64,000 nt of DNA, from IMG/VR virus record IMGVR_UViG_3300047471_001174; one strand, written 5' to 3'. The notes below the pieces were generated by a model, which saw only the letters and a list, made by a program, of their open reading frames with translations, did not search any database and was not told the DNA's origin. This DNA is from an uncultured virus (IMG/VR IMGVR_UViG_3300047471_001174). Its lineage: Duplodnaviria > Heunggongvirae > Uroviricota > Caudoviricetes. The stretch's first letter is position 1, and each line of letters opens with the position of its first letter. This document shows, in pieces, positions 38,995 through 48,244 of this stretch. The position numbers and the translations under genes were made by a program.

Positions 38995-41610
38995 TTAATG
39001 GTGATTCTGATGTAATGCAGTCACTGCTGTCAACGCAAAATCGTCAGTTAGTTCTGCGATTTTGCAAAGTGCTGCCAATTTGTAGACGGCATAGCGCTCG
39101 GCGATTTGCATCCCGTCAGCCGCGCTCGAAGCTGATTCAGTGATGTCGGATGCCTGTTTACTTTTTACAAAGTTATTGTCGGTCGTGCCATTTAACGCGG
39201 CCAACCAGCGTCGATTTTCGATGTGCTCGGGCAGTACCGAGAAGTCAGCCGCCTGTTTTCGTGCCCACGTTTTTGCCGCGGATGTAGTTGTACGAGCTGG
39301 CTGAAAAATGTGGCCCGCAAGTTTTTCCGGAAAATCGGCTGATCGAATCAGTCGCGTGTAAATTCCGGTCAGTGCTACTTGTGCGGCCTTCTCAACCTTG
39401 GCGTCGCCCGACCACAATTCACAGAAGGTGTGCAGCGGCAGAATGATTCCCTCGTCCGCCAGGGCAGTCAGCGCCTCGGCGAATTTGGTCGTACCGGGTT
39501 TCCCTAACTGGGCTGTCGAGAACTGTGCCGCCGGCGTCGCACCATACACGGGCGATACCGGTACAGACTGTTCGAGGACGGCGAAGGCACACGCCAATTT
39601 GAACTGCGGCTCGACGTGTGGTCGGCCTCGCATGGCGTAAGAGAAGGCGATATCCAGCGGCACGGTCAGACCGATCTGTTCAGCCAATTCGGCACCGCCG
39701 ACCGCTGAGCCACTTGCCGCTTTCATCAGGTAGTCAGCCATTCCACCGTAAGCGATTCGATCAGCCGGACGGACCACATTCGAAAAGTCGATGAATGTTG
39801 GATCCGGATTATCGACATGCAGGACATGGCCGTCTTCGCACACGCGGGTCAACCTGTTACGGCATCCGCCATGTTTGCAATGGCCGCCCTCGTCTTCACC
39901 CAGGCAGTACTCCTCACGGGTCGGTGCCAGGTTACCACACGACGAGCACTCATCGTTGGGTACGGTGCAGTTATGGCTAATGACACCGGCCAGAGAGTAC
40001 GAATGGTCGTATTCGACTTCGAAATTCCAGACATCCACATTCTCCGCTTCTGTAATTCCGATTGATTTAACTCGATAAGCTGTCGTGTCGCCGACCGGAT
40101 ATAAACAAACCTGATGCTCCTTTTTCTTCTCTTTCGCTGATCGCAAATAAGGATTGTTCGAAATTTTCTGCGAATGCCCAACCAGAGTCTCCAGATCGAA
40201 ATTGGAAACATTAAGGGTGTATTCGATGCCTGAACCCTGATAGCCGGAAGTCTCGCATTTTGCGTGATCGATTTTGTAAATCGATGCGGCGATTCCGAGA
40301 GTCAGCAACAGATCACGACCCTGCATGATCAAACCGTAATTGCAAGAAGACCAGTGTCCACCTTTTTTGTCACACCAACCGTCGCCGTCAAGCCAACGAC
40401 CCATAAATTCTCGTTTAGCTTCGTTGGTGGCGTTGAGCAACTCCGCGGGGATCGTTTTATTCCACACACCAGACCCGTGCAACCGCACGCACCAACGAGC
40501 CAATTCAGAGGAATTAACCAGGATCGAAAATGAAACCTTGCTGTTCTTTTTAGGTTCCAGATTGCACGTCACGTCCGGCCAGTACGCTTCAACCGCAGCC
40601 GGAACACCTCTTACGGCCCAGTCCGCAGCGTTGACAGTGTAAACCACGATATTTGGATTATCTTTGCAATAACTAACGTTACCTTCTGCGATATATGTTC
40701 CCAGCAAAGCGGCCAGGGGAATACTTGAGATGCCCGCCACACCGGGCACACGCGGAAGCTTTCGACAGTTAAGCCGGTCGCCTGGCTGCAAATGCTCAGA
40801 GCATTGCCATTCAAAAGCGGTCGCACCCTCGGAAACTTCACGAGCCCATTGGCCTGCCGGTCGTTGTCCTTGAGACATCGCCGCGTACTGCGACAACAAC
40901 TTGGCGTACATCGGGTGATCGGATGTCAACTGCAATGGTTCAGGTAAACCGTCAAGTTTGATCGATAACAATTTGCCAGAATACTTTCTGCGTCGCAATT
41001 CAGTGACCTTCTGCCATCGGTCAGCGTGCGTAGGCACCAACATGCCAGGACGAATTGATTTGATCGGGATATAACCATTTGGCGTGCAGATCAGCGATTC
41101 AGGATCCCAGATGCAAGCCATGCTGCCAGCCAGCTCACCGGTCTTTTCGAGTTGCTGAAGTTCGCGATCGGCTACCAGGCCACCATTACGGTCAGCCGCC
41201 TCTTTTGTCCCATTCAAAAAGATCAAAAGCTCAACACGATCCATCGGGTCGTGGTAAGCCGCTCTCTTAATCACCCCGTACGACTTGCGGGGATCCTTGT
41301 TCTGGTGATTGCGGTAGTACCGGGCACGCTTCACAAACGTGTCGATCGTTCGAATCAGGTTGGCCCGTTTGAATCCATCTCCGTTACGGTTGGCCAGATA
41401 ACGTTCGGTGGCCCCCATCGCAATCTGATGAATGGGGACGTCTCCGGGCTTCAAATCCGAGTGATCGACCAGGTTGGCAAATGCGTAACCGGCTCGCTTG
41501 ATCAGCGAGTTACGGTCACTGCCAATCAGTCCGCGGCTGGATACCTTGACCATCTCGGTCAGGGCAGTGCCGAAGTCCCAGCCGGCCGGGCTAATCACTT
41601 TGGTCATCAT
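38995..41610 (-). CDS. Putative prohead (maturation) serine protease, intein-interrupted (about 489 aa after splicing)
   Basis: YRNH (candidate His) and GSMA-C (candidate Ser) fit the assemblin/HK97-type protease pattern, followed by CSSC...C..HC; located upstream of scaffold and capsid. Confidence 0.65.
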   Translation of the reverse strand: MMTKVISPAGWDFGTALTEMVKVSSRGLIGSDRNSLIKRAGYAFANLVDHSDLKPGDVPIHQIAMGATERYLANRNGDGFKRANLIRTIDTFVKRARYYRNHQNKDPRKSYGVIKRAAYHDPMDRVELLIFLNGTKEAADRNGGLVADRELQQLEKTGELAGSMACIWDPESLICTPNGYIPIKSIRPGMLVPTHADRWQKVTELRRRKYSGKLLSIKLDGLPEPLQLTSDHPMYAKLLSQYAAMSQGQRPAGQWAREVSEGATAFEWQCSEHLQPGDRLNCRKLPRVPGVAGISSIPLAALLGTYIAEGNVSYCKDNPNIVVYTVNAADWAVRGVPAAVEAYWPDVTCNLEPKKNSKVSFSILVNSSELARWCVRLHGSGVWNKTIPAELLNATNEAKREFMGRWLDGDGWCDKKGGHWSSCNYGLIMQGRDLLLTLGIAASIYKIDHAKCETSGYQGSGIEYTLNVSNFDLETLVGHSQKISNNPYLRSAKEKKKEHQVCLYPVGDTTAYRVKSIGITEAENVDVWNFEVEYDHSYSLAGVISHNCTVPNDECSSCGNLAPTREEYCLGEDEGGHCKHGGCRNRLTRVCEDGHVLHVDNPDPTFIDFSNVVRPADRIAYGGMADYLMKAASGSAVGGAELAEQIGLTVPLDIAFSYAMRGRPHVEPQFKLACAFAVLEQSVPVSPVYGATPAAQFSTAQLGKPGTTKFAEALTALADEGIILPLHTFCELWSGDAKVEKAAQVALTGIYTRLIRSADFPEKLAGHIFQPARTTTSAAKTWARKQAADFSVLPEHIENRRWLAALNGTTDNNFVKSKQASDITESASSAADGMQIAERYAVYKLAALCKIAELTDDFALTAVTALHQNHH
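39970..41115 (-). mobile_element. Intein with LAGLIDADG homing endonuclease (382 aa)
   Basis: Starts CIWDPES; block B LTSDHP; LLGTYIAEG and FMGRWLDGDG; ends VWNFEVEYDHSY...SHN followed by Cys. Confidence 0.93.
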
Positions 41611-41616
41611 GGGAGT

Positions 41617-42717
41617 TTATCTCTTCAGGAGATCTGTCAGACCGGGTTTAAGAACTGGAGCGACGGGTGGTTGATAGTAGCTGGCCAGAGCAGGCAAAGC
41701 CGCGTATCCGAGCATACGCCCGCCGAAGCCGGCGCCTCGTCTTAGCATGCCGCCAGCTGAACTGGCTTCTACCGCGTTGGCTTTCATTCCAGCGTTGCCG
41801 ATCGCTGTCATTGTTTTGTCATACCAGCCCGGTGGACCGTGCAATCCGCCAAGCTCTTTCATGTAGGAACTGCCCATCCCTCGAGGGGAGTGTATCCCGC
41901 CGCCCCAAAATGGAGCTTTGTCAGTCTGCAAATTGGTTAATGCTGCTTCCATTTTCTTTGCGATATCGTCGGGTGCACCCATCCAGGTTGACGGCGATCC
42001 GACATTTGGATGAACATTCAGCGTGCTGGCTAGTCCGCCAAAATCCTTTTTACCCAAAAACTCGCTAGCACCGGTTCGGATATTTTTCGTAGTCAATGGA
42101 TTGTGAGCATTTCTCCAATTGTTGAACCCGATCCCGCTCTCGATCCCTATCGCGGCTGGGGCAACTACTTTGGCTGTCGTGCCAGCATAATCACCACCGA
42201 GCGTCTGGGCCAGCAATCCAGCTCGAGTCGGATCCGTCGCGTCAGGCTTCATAGGAGGGAGATACTGGCGGATCAAACCGCCAGAGGCATCCGCCTCACT
42301 CTTTGCCGTATCGATCGACTTCGATGCGCCAAACAACTTCTTCAGAGCAGGCCCGTGCTGAGCTAACAGTCCGAGACCCCCGCCCACCGCACCGCCGGCC
42401 AATCCGCCCATGAGGGCACTTCGGCCCGGGTTACGTCGATCCTCGTCGGGGCTCGTCAGACCGGAGAGACCACCCATTGCTGCCCCCAAGGCAGCCCCAC
42501 CCAATCCGGCGTGAATGGGCGTCGCGTTCTCGCTGTAGAATTTGCCAACCTGTGGTGCTGTCTTGTCGAGGAACTCGGTTGCCTTGTTCACATACGGCTC
42601 GACGTAGTCCGACAAACCAGCCGCCTGCTTGGTAAGACGAATCAGAACGATTCGCTTCGCCAGCATCTCGGCAGCTTCCTTGATCGTCGTGGCTTCCAGC
42701 GGCGTTGCGGGCGTCAT
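41617..42717 (-). CDS. Putative internal head/ejection protein with glycine-zipper helices
   Basis: LTKQAA, then AGLGGAALGAAMGGLSG and MGGLAGGAVGGGLG. Confidence 0.55.
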   Translation of the reverse strand: MTPATPLEATTIKEAAEMLAKRIVLIRLTKQAAGLSDYVEPYVNKATEFLDKTAPQVGKFYSENATPIHAGLGGAALGAAMGGLSGLTSPDEDRRNPGRSALMGGLAGGAVGGGLGLLAQHGPALKKLFGASKSIDTAKSEADASGGLIRQYLPPMKPDATDPTRAGLLAQTLGGDYAGTTAKVVAPAAIGIESGIGFNNWRNAHNPLTTKNIRTGASEFLGKKDFGGLASTLNVHPNVGSPSTWMGAPDDIAKKMEAALTNLQTDKAPFWGGGIHSPRGMGSSYMKELGGLHGPPGWYDKTMTAIGNAGMKANAVEASSAGGMLRRGAGFGGRMLGYAALPALASYYQPPVAPVLKPGLTDLLKR

Positions 42718-43991
42718 TTCGTGTCCTTCTTTTCAGGCGCCGCCCCGAGTGGCGGCCGTAGTCCGCGAAGATCCTTCTCCAGACCGACCAGTTGTGACGT
42801 CTCGTGCGGTGCCCGGTTGCGCTGCAGGACAGATCGAAGCTCAGGTCCGAGAGCGATCGAGTGCATGGCGACAGTTGGTGCTGTCTGCGAGATTTGATTG
42901 TAGGCGTGCAGAACCTCTTCCGGCTCGTAGCCCTTGATCACTTCGTCATTCGACATCATGTCTCGCAGCATGGCCGTGATCTGGATGTTACGCATAGCGT
43001 TTTCGTGATCCGGATCGTCTAACGCGGTGACAGCAGACTCAACTCTTTCGCCCGTAGATTTGGGCTTAGGCAATGTTGACCCGAAAGTGGTTCCAAGCGC
43101 TGTCCCGAAAATAGATCCTCCAGCCCCCACTTTTTCAGACCCACTTTTATGGGCCCCAGAGGGGCCGTATACCTCCTCTCGGGCCGTCTTAATACTGGCT
43201 TCAAGTTCAACCAGTTCACGACGGGCGTTAACGGCCAACTCGCAGGCGGCCAGGGCTTCTTTGATCAGTGTGTACGGGGCCTCTGTCCAGACAACCGAGT
43301 GCATCACTCGGGGGACAACTGCCGCCTGCTTCTCACGTCCCAGGCTGGCACCCACGACCTGCATCAGAGCTTCGGCCGCGGGATCTGACGCGACTGCGTA
43401 ATGCACCTCGGAAAACGGCAGACAATTGGCCCGTTTGAAGTATCCGGTCAGCGTCTGCATCGAGGCGACCATGTTGTCACGGGCGGCCGACGACTTGGGA
43501 CGGACGTCTTGAATGCGGCGTTGGCCGTCAAGGATCGTCTTCCAGGCGGCGTCTTTGCGTTGCGCCGGGGTAAGAACAAGAGGCTCCGCACTGGCTGCTT
43601 TTCGCGCAGGAGGGCTAGTCAGACACGGTGCTAACCAGTGCGGAGCTTTTCGGTAATCGTCCGAGACGGCTGTTTTGCTCAGGCGCTCGGACGGTGTTTC
43701 AATTTTGTCAGGCCAGATCTGTTGGGCGGCCTTCTCGTGGTCAGCCAGCGGGATATCCTCAAACCGCTCCATGATGCTGGCAGCTGCCATCTTCCTCTGG
43801 GCGTTCACGCGACCCGTGTTGTACGCGCTGCAAAGCAGCTGCAGATGCCCGCGGGGCAATTCCAGCTCTTGAGCCACTTTGACCACGGCGTCAGTCGGGT
43901 CATCCCCATTGTCGACGTGTCCGACAACGTTTTTGACAGCCGACAGAAGCTGAGTCTCAGCTTGTTTCGAGAGGGTCTTCATGCTTGCCAT
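42714..43991 (-). CDS. Putative internal head protein with many K-x-A motifs
   Basis: SKQA, RKMA, EKAA, SKTA, RKAA, FKRA, EKQA, IKTA. Confidence 0.6.
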   Translation of the reverse strand: MASMKTLSKQAETQLLSAVKNVVGHVDNGDDPTDAVVKVAQELELPRGHLQLLCSAYNTGRVNAQRKMAAASIMERFEDIPLADHEKAAQQIWPDKIETPSERLSKTAVSDDYRKAPHWLAPCLTSPPARKAASAEPLVLTPAQRKDAAWKTILDGQRRIQDVRPKSSAARDNMVASMQTLTGYFKRANCLPFSEVHYAVASDPAAEALMQVVGASLGREKQAAVVPRVMHSVVWTEAPYTLIKEALAACELAVNARRELVELEASIKTAREEVYGPSGAHKSGSEKVGAGGSIFGTALGTTFGSTLPKPKSTGERVESAVTALDDPDHENAMRNIQITAMLRDMMSNDEVIKGYEPEEVLHAYNQISQTAPTVAMHSIALGPELRSVLQRNRAPHETSQLVGLEKDLRGLRPPLGAAPEKKDTK

Positions 43992-44991
43992 CCTTGGCTG
44001 TTAGCAACTTGGATTCGCGCTTCGGTGCTTCCGGGAACTTCCTGTGTCGCATGTGTTCGACAGACGCCAGATTGCCTGTCACGACCGCGTAAACCTGTTG
44101 ATCGCGTAACTCGGCCGCAAAACCGTCATACTCAAGCAACTGCGGTGACCTGGCTCTCAACCAATCCTCAGCCATGTCACCCTTGATGAATTCGATCGCC
44201 TCTAACGTATGTCGCACAGCACCCGCGACCATTTCGATTCGATCTGTCTCGTCTTCCTTGGCCTTCATATCGGCTTTGGCCTGACGAGCCATGTCCAACA
44301 GCTGTTCTATTTTATACTTGTTGGGCGTGTAGCAGTAAACCGCCAGAGCCGCTTTGCGGATGATTCCGTCGACGGCATAGTCGGTGACATAGTTGATGAC
44401 TTCTTCTGGTGTCTGCGGATGTTCCAGCTCTCGACAGCCTGTCAGCATGAAGTTAAGGACGCTGACACCCCCGTGGTAAGCTAGCATTTTAATGGCCAGT
44501 TCGTAGTTATTGAGTTGTCGGCTGGCTTCGGGGCCAAGGATATGCCGCAAGATCCAGTCTTGATCGCTGATCCTGTCCGAGACATTGAAGAACAGCTTCT
44601 CGTACCATTCAATCGAGATGGGTAACATGCCCGTGTATCTCGCGATATCGGGAATGGATTGTCTGGCCAGGAACCGCGATTGCAGAAACAATCGCATATC
44701 GGCCCCGTCGACATCCTGATGCAATTTCAACGCGTGGTAGCAACCCGGGTACTCGAAAAACAGATTCTTTTTACGCTCTTCGTTGTCGCCGCGGTTCTGC
44801 AGCATGTACTGTCGCATGGTGCGGACGTACGAGTCGTCGAATCGCTTGTTGCGTAATGGGCACGGTGAATGGTTGACCATGTCCAGGACTCGTTCCCACC
44901 GCCAGTCAGGCCGCAGGGTCGCGTCCCCAAAAACCATGTCGTCAGTAGTGAGTTCGGGCCCTTTGTAGGCCAAGTCGGTGAGAACAGGCAT
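43957..44991 (-). CDS. Hypothetical helical protein (344 aa)
   Basis: Long ORF in the operon; RPDWRW near the N-terminus; function not recognised. Confidence 0.7.
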   Translation of the reverse strand: MPVLTDLAYKGPELTTDDMVFGDATLRPDWRWERVLDMVNHSPCPLRNKRFDDSYVRTMRQYMLQNRGDNEERKKNLFFEYPGCYHALKLHQDVDGADMRLFLQSRFLARQSIPDIARYTGMLPISIEWYEKLFFNVSDRISDQDWILRHILGPEASRQLNNYELAIKMLAYHGGVSVLNFMLTGCRELEHPQTPEEVINYVTDYAVDGIIRKAALAVYCYTPNKYKIEQLLDMARQAKADMKAKEDETDRIEMVAGAVRHTLEAIEFIKGDMAEDWLRARSPQLLEYDGFAAELRDQQVYAVVTGNLASVEHMRHRKFPEAPKRESKLLTAKDGKHEDPLETS

Positions 44992-45000
44992 TCTTGCTCG

Positions 45001-45441
45001 TCAGTTAAGATCGCTGGCGCCGTTAATCGAAGCGGCAAATTCCTTGGGACCAGACCCCTGCGGGGCGATCTGAAGATAGATCATGTGAGGATTGCCGAAT
45101 CCGATATCGCCGTCCATATTGAAGAACGGCCAGCCCAATCCGCCCTGAGCGAAGGCTGACACAAAGTGAATCGGGTAGATGTTGGTCAAGGGAGGCATGA
45201 CCATGTACAGCGGGGCCGGATCAGGGCCTGGACCACTACCCTGGTCATTGGCGATCGAGATCTTTTCGCAGGCGGTCACGCGGTTGTACACGTTAACAGT
45301 GAACGTGCATCCGGCACCACCAGTTTGCAAAACGATCAGCTTGCCGATGAATGTTCGGCTGGGGAACGGAATCGGAAAACAGTTGACCTGGCCCCCTGAC
45401 ACATTCAGGTCAGAAGCCAGTGTTTCATAAGGAACGGCCAT
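45001..45441 (-). CDS. Hypothetical beta-sandwich protein (146 aa)
   Basis: GAGG RBS; downstream of palindrome copy 4. Confidence 0.7.
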   Translation of the reverse strand: MAVPYETLASDLNVSGGQVNCFPIPFPSRTFIGKLIVLQTGGAGCTFTVNVYNRVTACEKISIANDQGSGPGPDPAPLYMVMPPLTNIYPIHFVSAFAQGGLGWPFFNMDGDIGFGNPHMIYLQIAPQGSGPKEFAASINGASDLN

Positions 45442-45455
45442 CGATTTTCCCTCGT

Positions 45456-45473
45456 TAACTTTTCAAAAAGTTA
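45456..45473. promoter_or_regulatory. 18-bp palindrome, copy 4 (TAACTTTT-CA-AAAAGTTA)
   Basis: Identical to copy 1; 2 nt after the upstream stop codon. Confidence 0.7.
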
Positions 45474-45475
45474 CG

Positions 45476-47977
45476 TCAGTCAGCACGAGCCACGTCTTCA
45501 ACGTTCGGCGATCCCATTTCACCCATGTCAGGGTTCATCGAGTTCTGACGAAGTTTCAACGTGACGTCGCCGCATTCTTCAAACGCATTTCGCATGGCAT
45601 CGATGAGATCGGGCGTCTCGGCCGCACCGTAGTGCTCTTTGACGTCATCCATGTGCCAGTAGAAGCTGAACAGAATACGCCCGATTCGGTCAAGCCCAGT
45701 CATCAGGTCGCTCAAGTAGCGATCGACCACGCTCTCCTGTCGAACCGAGTTGAGCAGGTTGCTCAAGATGGTCGTATCGAAGACTTCCTTCTGGCCAGAT
45801 GCCGCCGCATTTTGGACGCCCTGGGATGACGAATCCTGACCCTGAGAGAAGCTTCCCGACCCGGCCTGGTCTGTGCCGTAGGCGCCGGGGCCAGTCCCTG
45901 GATCGGGGATACGAGTGGGATCGTAGATCCAGGGATTGGTTGAGTAGGCATTGAGTCCTGGAACTTCCAGGTACTCCTCCTGCGGATACTTGTTGATCGC
46001 TCCGCCGTACCACGGGAAGCCGGATCCGGTCGGTGGCGGCCCTTCTCGGGGAGCACTCGGGCCCTGATCAAGCAGGTCGCCGCCGTAGCCGGGCCACGCG
46101 TCAGCCCGCTTCTGGTAGAACGGTCCGTACAGAATCCTGAACTTGGCCGAACCGGCTTTGGTCACTTTGTCCATGGCCGCGTCTGCATCATCAATCCCCA
46201 GCCCAAGGTCAGCAACCATCGCCACGTAAGCGGCTTGTTTGCTCATGCGGCGCGTGCCAAACTTTGTCGACAGAGCGATTTCGTCTGACCCAACCGTCCA
46301 GAGCTTGAGGGACGCTGTTTTCTGGTAGATCTGATTCTGCACGTCAATCAGGTTGCCAGGCTGGAGCGGCGAAATTGAGTCTTCGTCACTGTCATCTTCT
46401 GGGTCAAATGGGTCTTGGATCTTGAGGATTTTAGCGCTGTCGGGGATCCACAGTTCGCCACCAACGGCGTGGATGCTGGAGCCCTTACGGCCGTTCAAAT
46501 GCAGCAAGGCATTGTAATCCGTGTAACCCGACGGATTGGGCGGCGTGTCGCGGTCGCCCAATCCGTTGGTGCTGTAATTTCGCGACATGTGAGCGTACTG
46601 TGGTCGCTTGTGTCCGGTCTCGTATTGGACTCGGTAACAGTCATCATCCAGAACGCTGTTCACTGTAAACGGCAATGTACCGCGGCCGTCACCGGTCAGC
46701 GCGACATACGTGCTGTCCTTGGTCATCTTGGCGGACGACAATCCGTCGAACCAGGTCTTGAAATCGAACTGGCTTTCAATCGGCTGGCGAACGTAAATGT
46801 TCGTAGCGTCCGAGTTGATCCAGTTGCGGGCTGAACTTTGACCTTCCGCTCGGACGACAGTCACGAAGGTGTGCTGCCCCTTGCCGGAGTATGGGCGATG
46901 GATGATCAGGCACTTCTCGAACTTGCCGGCCCCGGCCAGCACCTCAGCCAGGGAAGATCGAGTTGGATTCGTGTAGGCCGTATGGATCGCCGTGTTGTAC
47001 AGGGTCGACTTGTCCTGCGGCAAGCGTTTGTCGGTGATCACGACGGCGCCGCGGCGGGTGTCGCCAGTGGCCTCTTCGCGTGATCGATCGGGAATGTTGT
47101 GCGTAAAACGTTCATTCGGATCGACCCGCATAATCTTCAAAGCCCCCAGCTTAACGGGGTCCTGGGGGGTCAGGTCGGGCAGTATGCTCGATCGGGAACG
47201 CGCGACTGCCACCTTCTGCGGCTTGAACGAGAGAATGCTGCCTCGATCCGACGCCTCTTTGGTCAGTCGGGCTTTGATGGTCAGTAGAGCCTTCTCAAAG
47301 ACGTCCGCTCCGTAACACCGGTGCATGGCCGCCTTGACGTTCGGGAATCGGTCACACAGATCGATGGCCATTTTCACGGCCATCGGAGATTCGCTCAGCA
47401 GGTTTTGGGCTGTCGCGATCTTCGCGTAACGAGTGTCACGCAGAGGGTTGGTCGTACAGAGACGAGCATAGACGGGCATGAACGGCTTGGCCCACTCTTG
47501 GATACGCGGCATGTCGCATGAGTATTTGCTACCGCGGTAAGCGTTCGTGAATGGACGCAGGTCCGGCCACATCCCGCCCATCTGGAACACATCCTTCTGC
47601 GACGCCTCGCCCATGATGTGTGGCGACTTGCTGAGCAGGAAGTTGACCCAGTTCTCCTTCATGGGGACAAACTGCCCCTCGTCCTTGTTCTGAACGAAGA
47701 GCAATTCCTGGCCGCGAAGTTCCCCATTCAGGAAAAACAAAGGCATGTACAGTCGCTTGGTATCAGCCTGGAAACCATAAACGCCGACAGCTCGTGACAT
47801 GTCGTCGTTGCGGTCAAGCAGCTGGAAGCCCAGCATGTGCTCGAGCAGCCTGGGGGCTTTTTCACTCAGGAAGTTATAGCCCAGCGAGGCGAACGATTGT
47901 TCGAAGTTCCCTTCAGGATCGCCGCCGATGTTAGCGCGTTTCGCGAGCGACTGGCTACCTGCAAGCAGAATGGACAT
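45476..47977 (-). CDS. Large putative head/core protein (833 aa) with K-x-A motifs
   Basis: AKRA, AKIA, TKEA, QKTA, SKQA, QKRA; no enzyme motif recognised. Confidence 0.65.
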   Translation of the reverse strand: MSILLAGSQSLAKRANIGGDPEGNFEQSFASLGYNFLSEKAPRLLEHMLGFQLLDRNDDMSRAVGVYGFQADTKRLYMPLFFLNGELRGQELLFVQNKDEGQFVPMKENWVNFLLSKSPHIMGEASQKDVFQMGGMWPDLRPFTNAYRGSKYSCDMPRIQEWAKPFMPVYARLCTTNPLRDTRYAKIATAQNLLSESPMAVKMAIDLCDRFPNVKAAMHRCYGADVFEKALLTIKARLTKEASDRGSILSFKPQKVAVARSRSSILPDLTPQDPVKLGALKIMRVDPNERFTHNIPDRSREEATGDTRRGAVVITDKRLPQDKSTLYNTAIHTAYTNPTRSSLAEVLAGAGKFEKCLIIHRPYSGKGQHTFVTVVRAEGQSSARNWINSDATNIYVRQPIESQFDFKTWFDGLSSAKMTKDSTYVALTGDGRGTLPFTVNSVLDDDCYRVQYETGHKRPQYAHMSRNYSTNGLGDRDTPPNPSGYTDYNALLHLNGRKGSSIHAVGGELWIPDSAKILKIQDPFDPEDDSDEDSISPLQPGNLIDVQNQIYQKTASLKLWTVGSDEIALSTKFGTRRMSKQAAYVAMVADLGLGIDDADAAMDKVTKAGSAKFRILYGPFYQKRADAWPGYGGDLLDQGPSAPREGPPPTGSGFPWYGGAINKYPQEEYLEVPGLNAYSTNPWIYDPTRIPDPGTGPGAYGTDQAGSGSFSQGQDSSSQGVQNAAASGQKEVFDTTILSNLLNSVRQESVVDRYLSDLMTGLDRIGRILFSFYWHMDDVKEHYGAAETPDLIDAMRNAFEECGDVTLKLRQNSMNPDMGEMGSPNVEDVARAD

Positions 47978-48016
47978 GTGGCGTCATCCTTGACGAGAAG
48001 TTCGATCAGCAAAAAT

Positions 48017-48223
48017 TTACGGCCCGAGTAACGCTCTCACTCCGATGATGATGACAGCGACAACGACAAAAAATCCAACACCGAGAATACCTACTATGAG
48101 CGGCAAAATCGTCGGAGGCATCGCTTGACCGGTCCCCTGGTTCATTGCCCAGATCATCCAACCTGTATCCCCAAGCACGAAAATTCCGACAAAGATCCAG
48201 TACAGTATCCAGGTCAGACTCAT
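48017..48223 (-). CDS. Small two-TM membrane protein (68 aa)
   Basis: Two hydrophobic stretches; AAAGGA RBS. Confidence 0.7.
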   Translation of the reverse strand: MSLTWILYWIFVGIFVLGDTGWMIWAMNQGTGQAMPPTILPLIVGILGVGFFVVVAVIIIGVRALLGP

Positions 48224-48244
48224 TGCGAAATCCTTTCAGACCGA

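Noticed and set aside
45476..47977. Portal protein call for the 833-aa ORF
   Set aside because: Size and position are suggestive, but I recognise no portal motif and no terminase is visible in the window.
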